This document shows, piece by piece, positions 29,527-38,951 of a DNA stretch of 64,000 nucleotides; positions within the stretch are counted from its first letter, which is position 1; each line of letters begins with the position of its first letter. Position numbers and translations under genes: made by a program. Source of the stretch: Minicystis rosea (GTDB taxonomy: Bacteria > Myxococcota_A > Polyangia > Polyangiales > Polyangiaceae); NCBI GenBank assembly GCA_001931535.1, contig CP016211.1, positions 4,375,573 to 4,439,572 of the forward strand, read 5' to 3'. The notes under the pieces are model-generated. The model saw nothing but the letters and a program-made list of their open reading frames with translations, was not told the DNA's origin and did not search any database.

Positions 29527-31242
29527 ATGACCATCAGGCCTTCGGCCCCCGAAGGGCCGAGATCCGATCTCGCCTCGCGCGTGCGCCGGCACGCTCCTGC
29601 GCTCGCCGTCGTGATCGCGGCGGCCCTCGTGGGCGGCGCGATGTTCGGGCGGTTTCTCTTTCCGTATGCGGTGCCCGTCGGGTTCGACGAAGCGTACATG
29701 GTGCCTTTCGCCGAGCGCGTGATAGACGGAAAGTTCCTTCCTTACGTCGACGCCGTGAGCCAGCGCGGGCCGGTCTTGTATTGGGTGCTCGCGCTGGGGC
29801 AGCTCGTCTTCGGACGCTACGAATGGATCGGTATCCGCGTCATCGCGCTCGCGGCTTGTCTCATCACCCTGGTGGCGACGTACCTCGCCGGCGTCGCGGC
29901 GCGCTGGCCGCTCGCGGGAGCGTTCGGCGGCGCGGCGACGGTCCTCGTCATCGCCCTTCACGGCGCGCCCGTGGCCCTCTGCGGCGAGGCGGTGGCCGCG
30001 CCTTGTCTCGCGCTCGCGTTCGCCGCCCTCGCGTTCGCGCAGAGGCGCGCACCGGCGGGCCGGCGGAGAATGGCGTGGCTCGCGCTCTCCGGCGCGCTCG
30101 CGGCGACGGCGACGCTGGCCAAGCAAACCACTGGGCTCGCGTCGGGACCGCTCCTCTTGTGGGTCCTCGCACAAGCATTCTCCGAAGCGCACGAGAGCCC
30201 TTCACGCGGGCGCTTCGCTTTCCTCCGCGAGCCGTTCGCGTTCCTCGCCGGCTGGGTCGCCGTGATGGCCACGCTCTTCGTTTGGTACGCGGCGCACCAC
30301 GCCCTCGCGGAGCTCGTCTATTGGAGCACCACGTACAACTCGACCATCTACATGGCGCCGTACAAGGCGCATTATTGGCGCACCATCTTCCGCTGGCTCG
30401 GAGCGCATCTCCCCGTGCTCGCCGCCGTGATTCTGGTGCTCGTGTTCGCGGTGGCCCGCACCGTCACCGCGGGCCGATGCTCGTCGGTGCGCCACGTAGC
30501 CGCGGCCTACGCGCGCTCCGGATTCGAGGTGACGGCGGCGCTGAATGCCGTGCTGCTCTTCGCCGCCGCTGCGCTGCCGGCGCGGTTCTGGTGGCATTAC
30601 TTCCTCGTCGTCTGGCCTTGGTTCGGCGTGGTCGCGGGCGCCATCGTCGAGATCGCGTTGCGTCGCGGAGCGGGCCCTACCCTGAGAAAACAAGCTCTCC
30701 TGGCCGGTCCACTGGCCGTGCTCATCGCCGGAGCGGGCGTGTTTCGGATGGCGGCCATCGAGGAGAAGCGCGCACACGGTGCCTACGGAAACCCGCGCAA
30801 GACGGCGCTGTGCGAGACGATCGACCGCCAAGCGCGACGCGGCGAGAGCATCTTCGTTTGGGGCTTCGAGGGAGACGTCTACATCAATTGCCGGCGCCGG
30901 CCGGCGACCCGGTTCACCTACCTGACGCTCGTCGCCGGCATCGTCCCGCCCTATTGGGATGTCGCCCGCCCCGATCGCGTGGCGCGCGATGCGCGGAAGC
31001 TCCTCTTGGCCGATCTCGAGAAGAGCCGCCCAGCGCTCGTCCTCGACTATCCCATTCACGGCTTCTCGATGACCCACGTCCCCGAGCTCTCGGAGCTCCT
31101 CGCGCGCGACTACTGCCCGCTCCCCCGCCCCAAAGGCAAGATGAAGCACCGCCCCAACCTTTATGGCCGGCGCAATGCGGAGACCTGTGAAGAATCGCTG
31201 AAGAAGACGGCTCGTCCGCGTCAGGCACGCAAAGGGCGATGA
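29527..31242 (+). CDS. GT-C fold membrane glycosyltransferase (ArnT/PMT, GT39/83-like)
   Basis: More than 10 predicted TM helices, an N-terminal Asp-containing loop (FDEAYMVPFAERVIDGKF) and a C-terminal soluble domain. ATG at 29527. Confidence 0.6.
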   Translation: MTIRPSAPEGPRSDLASRVRRHAPALAVVIAAALVGGAMFGRFLFPYAVPVGFDEAYMVPFAERVIDGKFLPYVDAVSQRGPVLYWVLALGQLVFGRYEWIGIRVIALAACLITLVATYLAGVAARWPLAGAFGGAATVLVIALHGAPVALCGEAVAAPCLALAFAALAFAQRRAPAGRRRMAWLALSGALAATATLAKQTTGLASGPLLLWVLAQAFSEAHESPSRGRFAFLREPFAFLAGWVAVMATLFVWYAAHHALAELVYWSTTYNSTIYMAPYKAHYWRTIFRWLGAHLPVLAAVILVLVFAVARTVTAGRCSSVRHVAAAYARSGFEVTAALNAVLLFAAAALPARFWWHYFLVVWPWFGVVAGAIVEIALRRGAGPTLRKQALLAGPLAVLIAGAGVFRMAAIEEKRAHGAYGNPRKTALCETIDRQARRGESIFVWGFEGDVYINCRRRPATRFTYLTLVAGIVPPYWDVARPDRVARDARKLLLADLEKSRPALVLDYPIHGFSMTHVPELSELLARDYCPLPRPKGKMKHRPNLYGRRNAETCEESLKKTARPRQARKGR

Positions 31243-31260
31243 CGGGGGAAGGTCACCCGC

Positions 31261-32175
31261 TCAGGGCGCTCCCCATTGAATCTTGACGGTCCCGGATTCG
31301 GTGCACGGGCTCCAGCAGAATGGCTGTCCCTGGTTGTCGATGACCTTTTCCGTGTAGGAATAATCGAGCTGACCGGAAGAGAGCTTGCCCACGATGTGAT
31401 GGGTGGTCTGCCAAAGGCAGTTGTCGGGCGCGGAGACGACCGCGATGCCCTCCAAGAAAACCTCGCCGTTCTGCACGTTGCCCGAGAACGTGACGGAGCC
31501 GAGCTGCGCCGTGACGAGGCCGCCGCCGCAGGGAAACTCGATGAGCCCCATGCTCCCCTTCTCCACGGGGAAATCGATGCAATTCGGCGAGGAGGGCGTG
31601 GATCCGGTGACCTCGAGGACGGGCTTGCAATCACCGACCTCGCAATCGGCGTCGATGATGCCGTTGCAGTTGTCGTCGATGCCATTGCAGACTTCGATGT
31701 TGTCGGGGCCTTTGGAGCAGCCGTCGCACGTCATGACGTCGTCCGTGCAGAGATCGGAGTCGGGGCCGTCGCACGCCTCGCCGAGGTGAAAGCCCTCGTC
31801 GATTTGGCCATCGCAGTTGTCGTCGATGCCATTGCACACCTCGGGCGAGGGCTCGATCGCGCCCTCGCAGGGGCCGAGCACGCCGTCGTGACACGTGCGC
31901 AGGCCGGGCTTGCAAGCGCCGATGCTGCTGCCGCACACGACGGTCTCCCCTTCGCTGCATGCGGTGGGCGCGCCTCCCTGGCCCGCGCCGCCTTGGCTTG
32001 TGCCGCCCTGGCCCGCGTCGCTGCCGGTGGGCAGGCTGGAGCGCGCTCCGCAGGCGAGGATCGACGCGGAAACGAGCGCGAGGAAGCCGAGGCGGAGCAG
32101 CGGTTTCACGCCGGTGCTTCTACCACGATGACGCGCGGCGAGCGTCGATCCGCGGTCGAGGAGCGGCGCGCTCAC
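31261..32175 (-). CDS. MopE-like Cys-rich repeat lipoprotein (putative metal-binding motif)
   Basis: Three CNGIDDNCDG-type repeats (CNGIDDNCDGQIDEG, CNGIDDNCNGIIDADC); signal peptide LLRLGFLALVSASILACG. The GTG start overlaps the GST stop (GTGA). Confidence 0.6.
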   Translation of the reverse strand: MSAPLLDRGSTLAARHRGRSTGVKPLLRLGFLALVSASILACGARSSLPTGSDAGQGGTSQGGAGQGGAPTACSEGETVVCGSSIGACKPGLRTCHDGVLGPCEGAIEPSPEVCNGIDDNCDGQIDEGFHLGEACDGPDSDLCTDDVMTCDGCSKGPDNIEVCNGIDDNCNGIIDADCEVGDCKPVLEVTGSTPSSPNCIDFPVEKGSMGLIEFPCGGGLVTAQLGSVTFSGNVQNGEVFLEGIAVVSAPDNCLWQTTHHIVGKLSSGQLDYSYTEKVIDNQGQPFCWSPCTESGTVKIQWGAP

Positions 32176-32838
32176 AACGCTTCGGTCTGCGGGATGGTCC
32201 AGGGCTCGGCGATGGCCGCGGCCTCCCAGGCACGAAATGCCGGGTCGGCGAAGATGGCGTCGGCATAGGCCTGCGATGCGGGGCGCATCGGAACACCATA
32301 GGTGCGGAGACGCGTGGCGACGGGCGCATAGAAGGCATCGGCGATGGTGCGCGCGCCGAACAAGAAGGGACCACCCGCGCCGTAGCGCTCGCGCGTGTCA
32401 GCCCACAGCGCCTCGATGCGCGCGAGATCGGCCTGCGTGTCGTCGGGCCAGGCGCGCGGCGTGGTGCGGCGGCGGATGTTCATCGAGAGGTCACGGCGAA
32501 CCGCGCCGAAGCTCGAATGCATTTCGCAAGTCACGGCGCGGCAAATGGCACGCGTGCGCGGATCCTCGGGCCAGAGGTGAGCCGAAGGCGCGGCCTCCGC
32601 AGCCCATTCGGCGATGGCGAGCGAGTCCCAGATGGTGATGCCGTCGACCTCGAGCGCAGGGACGCGCCCGCTCGGCGAGACGGCGACCACTTCGGGGATC
32701 TGCGCTTTCCCATAACCGGGGCCGCCGAGCGGAATCACCCGCTCTTCGAAGGGAATGCCCGCCCAGGTGAGCACGAGCCACGGGCGCAGCGACCACGATG
32801 AATAGTTCTTGTTACCGATGTAGAGAACGGCGCTCATG
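32172..32838 (-). CDS. glutathione S-transferase
   Basis: ATG at 32838 (MSAVLYIGNKNYSSWSLRPW); thioredoxin-like N-domain with SxWS motif plus a helical C-domain. The upstream part of ORF ..33152 is a Arg-rich artefact. Confidence 0.75.
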
Positions 32839-33063
32839 CGCGCGAGGATAGTGCCTCGAACCGCGGGGCGCTCCCTCGATCGTGGCGCGGTGGATTCCGC
32901 CTGCGAGGTGGTCGCGATGCGCGACGGCGTACCGCGGCGGGCGCGTGGAGCCTCGCGTTCGTCGGATCCTCGCGCGGCGGGGCTTCTGGCCGTGCGTGTC
33001 CCGTGCCACCATGCGCCGGCTCGAACCCTTTCCCTTCCGCTTCCTGCGATCCGGATTCGAATC

Positions 33064-36000
33064 ATGACGAAGCTGACCGCCGCACTCCATGCCCTTTTCC
33101 TCGTCGCCGCGACGAGCTTCCTCGCCGCGTGCGGGCGCTCCGAAGTCGACATCTCCGTCGGTGGCTCATCGGCGACGAGCTGTCAGACGAACGCCGACTG
33201 CGCATCGACACCGGCCACGCCGCTGTGCCTGATACCACCCGGGCAGTGCGTCGCATGCTTGACCTCGCCGGACACGTGCCCGGCCGGCGAGACCTGCGAC
33301 GCCCAAACGCACACCTGCGTGCCGACCACGACGGGCTGTCAGAGCGACGCGGACTGCTCCGCGCCGACGCCGCACTGCCGGCTCGACACACACGTCTGCG
33401 TCGAGTGCACGAGCAACGAGCAGTGCCCCGGCGACGAGCAGTGCGCGAGCTTCCAATGCGTCGGCTTCTGCGGTGACGGATCGGCCTGCACCAACGGCAA
33501 GACCTGCTGCTCGCCGCTCTGCGTGGACGCGTCGAGCGATCCCGAGAACTGCGGCGGCTGCGGCATCAAGTGCGGGCCGTTCCCGCAGGCGTCGGGCTCG
33601 TGCTCGGGCGCGACGTGCACCGTCGGCCAATGCTTCCCCGGCTTCGCCAACTGCAACGGCCTCCTCAGCGACGGATGCGAGGTCGACACGGCCACCGATG
33701 CCACGAACTGCGGTGGATGCGGCATCACCTGCAAGCCCGATGAAACGTGCTCGGGCGGGACCTGCGCCGGGTCCTGCGGCGCCGTGGGCTCGTGCACGCC
33801 CACTCAAACGTGCTGCGGGACGCAGTGCGCGAACACGCAGAGCGATCCGCTGAACTGCGGGACCTGCGGCAACACTTGCACCGCGGTTCCGCAGGGCAAC
33901 ACCGCGTGCGTCTCGAGCGCGTGCCAGATCATCAACTGCGCGGCGGGCTTCGCCGACTGCAACGGCAAGATCATCGACGGCTGCGAAGCCGCCACCGACA
34001 AGGATCCCAACAACTGCGGCACCTGCGGGACGGTGTGCGCCGCGGGCTCCGTCTGCGTCGCGGGCACGTGCCAGTCCACGACCTGCAAGACCACGGGCTG
34101 CCCCGTGGGGCTCGCGTGCTGCGGTGTCGCCTGCACCGATACCAACAACGATCTCGGCAACTGCGGCGGCTGCGGCAACGCCTGCCCGCCGAACGCCACG
34201 GCGTGCATGGGCGGCGGCTGCTGCTTCCCGCAGCCCGGCGGCGGCGTCATCTGCTCCAGCGTGGTGTGCACGCCGCCGCTGCAGAACTGCGGCGGGACCT
34301 GCGTCGATCAGGGCACGGATCCCAGCAACTGCGGCGGCTGCGGCATCAAGTGCGGGCCCACCGAAACGTGCGTGAACGGCACGTGCACGGGCACGATCAC
34401 GTGCAACGGCGGCCCGGCGTGCGCGCCCACGCAGGCGTGCTGCGCGAGCGGGTGCGCGAGCACGGACACCGATCCGAAGAACTGCGGCAAGTGCGGCATC
34501 GTCTGCCCGGCCGGCAACAACTGCGTCGGCGGCTCCTGCCAGGCGACGTGCAACGGCGGGCCCACGTGCTCACCGACGCAGCAGTGCTGCTCGACCGGAT
34601 GCGCCAACACGGGCTCGGATCCGAACAACTGCGGCGGCTGCGGCATCGTTTGCCCGGCGGACACCACCTGCGTCAACGGCGCCTGCCAAGGCACGTGCAA
34701 CGGCGGACCGATGTGCGGCGCCGGACAGACCTGCTGCCCGAGCGGGTGCGCCAACACGACCAGCGACGTGAAGAATTGCGGCGGCTGCGGCATCGTCTGC
34801 GGCGACGAGCAGACCTGCAACAACGGCATGTGCACGACGCCCATGCAATGCAACGGCGGCCCGGCGTGCGGCGCCGGGCAGACCTGCTGCCCGACGGGCT
34901 GCGCGGATCTCAACAACGATCCCAACCACTGCGGCGGCTGCGCCACCGTGTGCGGGCCGACCGCGTCGTGCATCAATGGCTCGTGCGCGACCAACGAGGG
35001 CGCCTTCAATCCGATCGTGAATCCGACGTTCCTCGCGCCGGGCGTCCACAACTTCACGACGATCAACATCCCGGCGGGCGTCACCGTCTTCGTGGCCGGG
35101 CCGGGGCCGGCGTCGGGCACGCTCGATCTGCGCGCCACGGGCGCGATCGTCATCGACGGGACCATCGATCTCTCGGGCGGGCCCGGCACCCAAAACACCA
35201 TCACCTCGATGAGCACGCAGTCCGGCCGCGCCGGGAGCGGCGGTTACACGGGTGAGCCCTATCAATCGGCCACGCCTTCTTCAGCGTGCCAGTTCATCGC
35301 CGGCAACCCGGGTCAGCTCGGGTTCCAACTCCAGGGCACGCCGGGCACCTGCACCATCCTGTCGACGAGCATCTGCGTCTCGCAAATGGATCCGGCTGCG
35401 CTGGTGTTCACGGCGCCTCCGGCGATGTTCGGCGGCGGCGCAGGCGTGTTCACGGGCTTCCGTGGTTATGGCAGCGGCGGCGGCGGCCCGGCCGGCGGCG
35501 CGCCCGGCGCAATCGGGCCTGCCTTCGGCGGGCAACAGAACTGCTCGGGCGCTTCCGGCGGCGGCGGCGCCGTCGCGGGCAAGGGCGGCAATGCCGGCAA
35601 TGCCACCTACAATGGCAAGGACGGTGTGCTCGGACAGACGCAGTGCCAAGGCGTGATGGGCTTCCCGCCGGCCTACGTCGGCGGCGGCGGCGGCGGCAGC
35701 ATCGGTACACAAGCCGCCCTGGACCGCGCGGTGCTCACCACCTTCCAGACCGGCTCCGGCGGCGGCGGCGGCAGCGCCGATTACCTCAATCGTCCGGTGT
35801 TCGGCGGCACCTCGGGCGGCGGCGGCGGCGGCGGCGCGCTCAAGCTGTCCACGCCCGCGAGCATCACCATCAAGGGTCAGCTTCTCGCCAACGGCGGTGT
35901 GGGCGGCGATGCCTTCATCGGCAATGGCGCCGCGGCCGGCTGCGATCCGCAGCCCGGCGCGGCGGGTGGCGGTGGATCGGGCGGTGTGATCTACCTGTCG

Positions 36001-36237
36001 GCGCCGAGCGTCTCGGTGAGCAATGGTGCCGTCATCTCGGCGGCCGGGGGCGCTGGTGGCTTCGGCAGCTTGTTCGCGAGCGGCGGCGGCGGTGGCGCCG
36101 GTGGCCTCGGTCGGATCCGACTCTCGGTGTCGCCGGCGACGTGCTCGCTGAGCGGGACGTTCAAGCCGCCGCTCCAGGCTGGATGCGGGACGGCGAATGC
36201 GGCTGGGTTTGCATACGTGGGGACGTATCCGAATTGA
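33064..36237 (+). CDS. giant extracellular Cys-rich repeat lipoprotein (more than 20 DPxNCGxCGxxC repeats) with a Gly-rich C-terminal region
   Basis: ATG at 33064 and lipobox LAAC. Repeats such as SDPENCGGCGIKCG, TDPSNCGGCGIKCG and SDPNNCGGCGIVCP. The last ~350 aa are Gly-rich (GGGGGG runs). Confidence 0.75.
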   Translation: MTKLTAALHALFLVAATSFLAACGRSEVDISVGGSSATSCQTNADCASTPATPLCLIPPGQCVACLTSPDTCPAGETCDAQTHTCVPTTTGCQSDADCSAPTPHCRLDTHVCVECTSNEQCPGDEQCASFQCVGFCGDGSACTNGKTCCSPLCVDASSDPENCGGCGIKCGPFPQASGSCSGATCTVGQCFPGFANCNGLLSDGCEVDTATDATNCGGCGITCKPDETCSGGTCAGSCGAVGSCTPTQTCCGTQCANTQSDPLNCGTCGNTCTAVPQGNTACVSSACQIINCAAGFADCNGKIIDGCEAATDKDPNNCGTCGTVCAAGSVCVAGTCQSTTCKTTGCPVGLACCGVACTDTNNDLGNCGGCGNACPPNATACMGGGCCFPQPGGGVICSSVVCTPPLQNCGGTCVDQGTDPSNCGGCGIKCGPTETCVNGTCTGTITCNGGPACAPTQACCASGCASTDTDPKNCGKCGIVCPAGNNCVGGSCQATCNGGPTCSPTQQCCSTGCANTGSDPNNCGGCGIVCPADTTCVNGACQGTCNGGPMCGAGQTCCPSGCANTTSDVKNCGGCGIVCGDEQTCNNGMCTTPMQCNGGPACGAGQTCCPTGCADLNNDPNHCGGCATVCGPTASCINGSCATNEGAFNPIVNPTFLAPGVHNFTTINIPAGVTVFVAGPGPASGTLDLRATGAIVIDGTIDLSGGPGTQNTITSMSTQSGRAGSGGYTGEPYQSATPSSACQFIAGNPGQLGFQLQGTPGTCTILSTSICVSQMDPAALVFTAPPAMFGGGAGVFTGFRGYGSGGGGPAGGAPGAIGPAFGGQQNCSGASGGGGAVAGKGGNAGNATYNGKDGVLGQTQCQGVMGFPPAYVGGGGGGSIGTQAALDRAVLTTFQTGSGGGGGSADYLNRPVFGGTSGGGGGGGALKLSTPASITIKGQLLANGGVGGDAFIGNGAAAGCDPQPGAAGGGGSGGVIYLSAPSVSVSNGAVISAAGGAGGFGSLFASGGGGGAGGLGRIRLSVSPATCSLSGTFKPPLQAGCGTANAAGFAYVGTYPN

Positions 36238-36245
36238 GGGTGGGG

Positions 36246-36279
36246 TCAACCTGGGTGGGGTGAGCCCCACCCAGGTTGA
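36246..36279 (+). terminator. perfect 15-bp stem / 4-nt loop hairpin immediately after the stop codon of the giant Cys-rich gene
   Basis: tcaacctgggtgggg-tgag-ccccacccaggttga; GC-rich with no T-tract, so also compatible with a REP-like hairpin. Confidence 0.4.
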
Positions 36280-36440
36280 GGTTGAGCCCCGCGCAGATTG
36301 AAAAGGCAGCTGAGCCCCACCCGGGTTGAGCTGAGCCTCACCCAGGTTGACCCCACAGCCTGCTTCTTTCTCAGCCCACCCAGGTTGAGCTTTCCTCACC
36401 CAGGTTGAGCCCACCCCTGTACAGCTCGTTCAGGGGTGAG
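36267..36440. repeat. array of 5 direct repeats (C/T)CACCC(A/G)GGTTGA(G/C)C plus a second hairpin (cacccctg...caggggtg)
   Basis: Copies at about 36267, 36318, 36338, 36376 and 36396; the core AGGTTGAGC is shared with the 37277-37410 array. Confidence 0.6.
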
Positions 36441-36489
36441 GCAGCTTCAGCTCGACCTGATGGCGCGGTTGCGCCGCCTGCGCCAGCGC

Positions 36490-37203
36490 TCACACCATCG
36501 CTCTCCGCCCTGGTTGGATATCCAGCGACAGCTCGCCTCGCCGGAGAGCCTCCCAGGTTGCCTCCGGTGTGGCCGGTTGCCGAGCACACCACTCGAGATA
36601 CGCGAAGAACGTGATGTCAGGATCCCGCGCCTCCTCATCCGAGACATCAAAGCGCCCTTCGATGGCACGCTCCACCGCTGCCAACAGATTCTCGTGATAG
36701 CGCTCGTACACCGTCAGGTCCCGAAGCCACCGGAAGCGGGCAGTGTCGTGAGCGACCACCTCTGCCGCAGCGTCGCGCACCCGCTCCAGCCAACCCGGGT
36801 AGCACCGGAGCATCTGAAGATCGTAAGCAAACTGATTGCCATCGTGATGCGCGGCCAGGAGATGCTTGAGCACCCGCTCCGGAGAGCTCGCGAGCCCAGA
36901 CGCGTCCAGCGGAGCGATGGCTTGCTCCCAAACGAGAAACGGAAACCGCATCGGTCGATGACGTAGAAGCCGTGCCCGCAACGTCGGACGAACCGGGTGC
37001 TCCACACAGGTCCCGATCGTCTCGGATCGGAAGAGGATGCGCTGCCACATCCGCACGACGCCGAGAAAGATCTGCCAGAGATTGGGACACGGCTCCACCA
37101 GCGCCGCGGCCCGCACCCGCTCGAGGCCGCGATGGACCCGCTCAGGCTCGACCAGGATCAACCTCGCGAACCAGGGTAACGCGCGAACCTCGTCGGTCGT
37201 CAT
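36490..37203 (-). CDS. hypothetical protein flanked by AGGTTGAGC repeat arrays
   Basis: 237 aa; ATG at 37203; no recognisable domain. Confidence 0.45.
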   Translation of the reverse strand: MTTDEVRALPWFARLILVEPERVHRGLERVRAAALVEPCPNLWQIFLGVVRMWQRILFRSETIGTCVEHPVRPTLRARLLRHRPMRFPFLVWEQAIAPLDASGLASSPERVLKHLLAAHHDGNQFAYDLQMLRCYPGWLERVRDAAAEVVAHDTARFRWLRDLTVYERYHENLLAAVERAIEGRFDVSDEEARDPDITFFAYLEWCARQPATPEATWEALRRGELSLDIQPGRRAMV

Positions 37204-37276
37204 ATGCCACTTTTACCGGCCGGGGCCCGCGTTGGACAGGAGTGTTTTAACCGACGCCCTCAAAGCCCTCAGCCCC

Positions 37277-37410
37277 GACCGAGGTTGAGCCCAGCTAGAA
37301 ACCTCGATCGAGGTTGAGCCCAGCTCCCAGCTCACCGGAGCTCCCAACTCATCGGCGAGCCAGAAGCAGCGTGGCCCATCCTGACGCCTCGACCGAGGTT
37401 GAGCTGAGCT
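37277..37410. repeat. 3 direct repeats GA(C/T)CGAGGTTGAGC(C/T)(C/G)AGCT
   Basis: Copies at 37277-96, 37306-25 and 37391-410, between the hypothetical gene and the RAYT-like gene. Confidence 0.6.
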
Positions 37411-37710
37411 GAGCTGGAGCTGCGCCCAACATCCGATGCAAGGCATGCCCGCCGCACAGGGCCGCCGCTCGCTTCGCGACAAACCTTCGCCGTGCATCAT
37501 CCCATATGTCGTGAGGTGGCCGGTCTGACAGAGCGCCTCCTCCATCGACGATGCCATTCATCTCGACCCAGGTGACGCGGCCGCAGCCATCCACCGAAGA
37601 CCATCAGCGCATATCGCTCAAGAGCATCAGAGCACGCAACACCCCCGCAATTGACTTCACCAAACAATCCCTATCGCAACATCCCCCATCGCGACTGGCT
37701 CAAACATCGA

Positions 37711-38664
37711 TCAGCCTACGATACAAGTCGGCAGCAACCCACCAGCAGAACAGCTCGACGGTTCAGCCACGTCGGCGCCGTGAAACACCCGCATCCACCA
37801 TGTTCCGCTCGGGAATGCGACACTACGGAGGCCTGCGCGCCATCGCTCGATTGCAGCTCGATACGACATGCGAAACGAGCGAACGGCTTCCACGGCTCGG
37901 TGCCATGCACCCCCTTGCTCACGCCCAACGGCGAACGTGGGGTTGCGATCTCGCGCGGGCTCGAAGCTCGAAATGCGATCTTGTGGCGAGATCTTCCTCA
38001 CTCGCTCCGGCCCCAGAAAACGAAGCCCCTTTCGTCGCATCTCTGCATGCGCCTCCTGCTCGAGTCGCTCGACCTCGGCGGCAACTTCAGCCCGAAATGG
38101 ATCGGCCCCGCTTCGCTCGATCGAGGGAGGCAGCAGGATGGGCAGGGACACCTCCGCCGGCCATTGAGGATTGCTTGGATCGAAGTAGGTTTGAGGCCGG
38201 CTCGCGCGCAGCACCCCAGTCCCCACCTCGCTCGAGCCGACCATCGCGCCGGGCCACTCGCGCGCATGTCTGACGAGGCCTGCAGCTACGGGGTTTGCGA
38301 GAACATAAGCGATCTTCTCCACAATCGCAGCCCGTGTCAGCAGCCTGACGACGCTCGTGGCCTCATGGTCCCATACCGGCCCTTCCCATCGGCGGAGCAG
38401 CTTTGTACCGAGCGCCACCAAGCGATGAAAGAACTGCAAGAAACGTGGAAGAAGCCCATGCACGTCGGTCACCACGAGATGCAGGTGCGTCGACATCGCG
38501 CAAAATGCGTGCACCTGGAGACCCAATCGATGCGCCGACACCGCAAGCGCATAGGTCAAGAGCTGATTGATGCGCGCGTCGGGTCGGAAGAGGAGATGTC
38601 GACGCAACGTACGTCGGGTAATGAGGTAAGTCGCTCCGAGAACGACCTCGCGAGGTTGGCTCAT
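37711..38664 (-). mobile_element. IS200/IS605-family HuH Y1 transposase, long REP-associated (RAYT)-like form
   Basis: HuH motif MSTHLHLVV and catalytic-Tyr motif IAYVLANPVAAGLV (Y-x3-NPV-AGLV). 318 aa from ATG 38664; TTG 38694 is possible. Repeats flank it on both sides, and the sequence is locally AT-richer. Confidence 0.65.
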
Positions 38665-38779
38665 GCCCGAATGTATCTTCAAATATCGAGCCAAAGACTG
38701 AATCGAGCAATATCAACAGCTTGGGCAACCACGTAGGGCCTCGAAGCCCGCCAGCCCGCCAATTTCCGCCAGCCATTCA

Positions 38780-38841
38780 CGCCAACGTGGGTCGGTCCAG
38801 CCACCCAATCCGCCAACGTGGGTTGGCCCAACCCATTGACA
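38780..38841. repeat. 2 x ~31-bp tandem repeat CGCCAACGTGGGTYGG..CC, the second copy palindromic (gggttgg-c-ccaaccc)
   Basis: Read directly upstream of the RAYT-like gene. Confidence 0.5.
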
Positions 38842-38951
38842 AATCCCCGAAATCCCCGCCATAACCTCCCCCTCCTCATGACTGCCCCCCGCCCAGCCGC
38901 GAGCAACTCATCCACGCGCTCTACGAAGCTGCCGAGCTCGAGCACAACCTC

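Noticed and set aside
32839-33152. Long N-terminal extension of the GST ORF (start at 33152)
   Set aside because: It is Arg/Ala-rich and overlaps the divergent promoter of the giant Cys-rich gene. The conserved GST N-terminus begins at ATG 32838.
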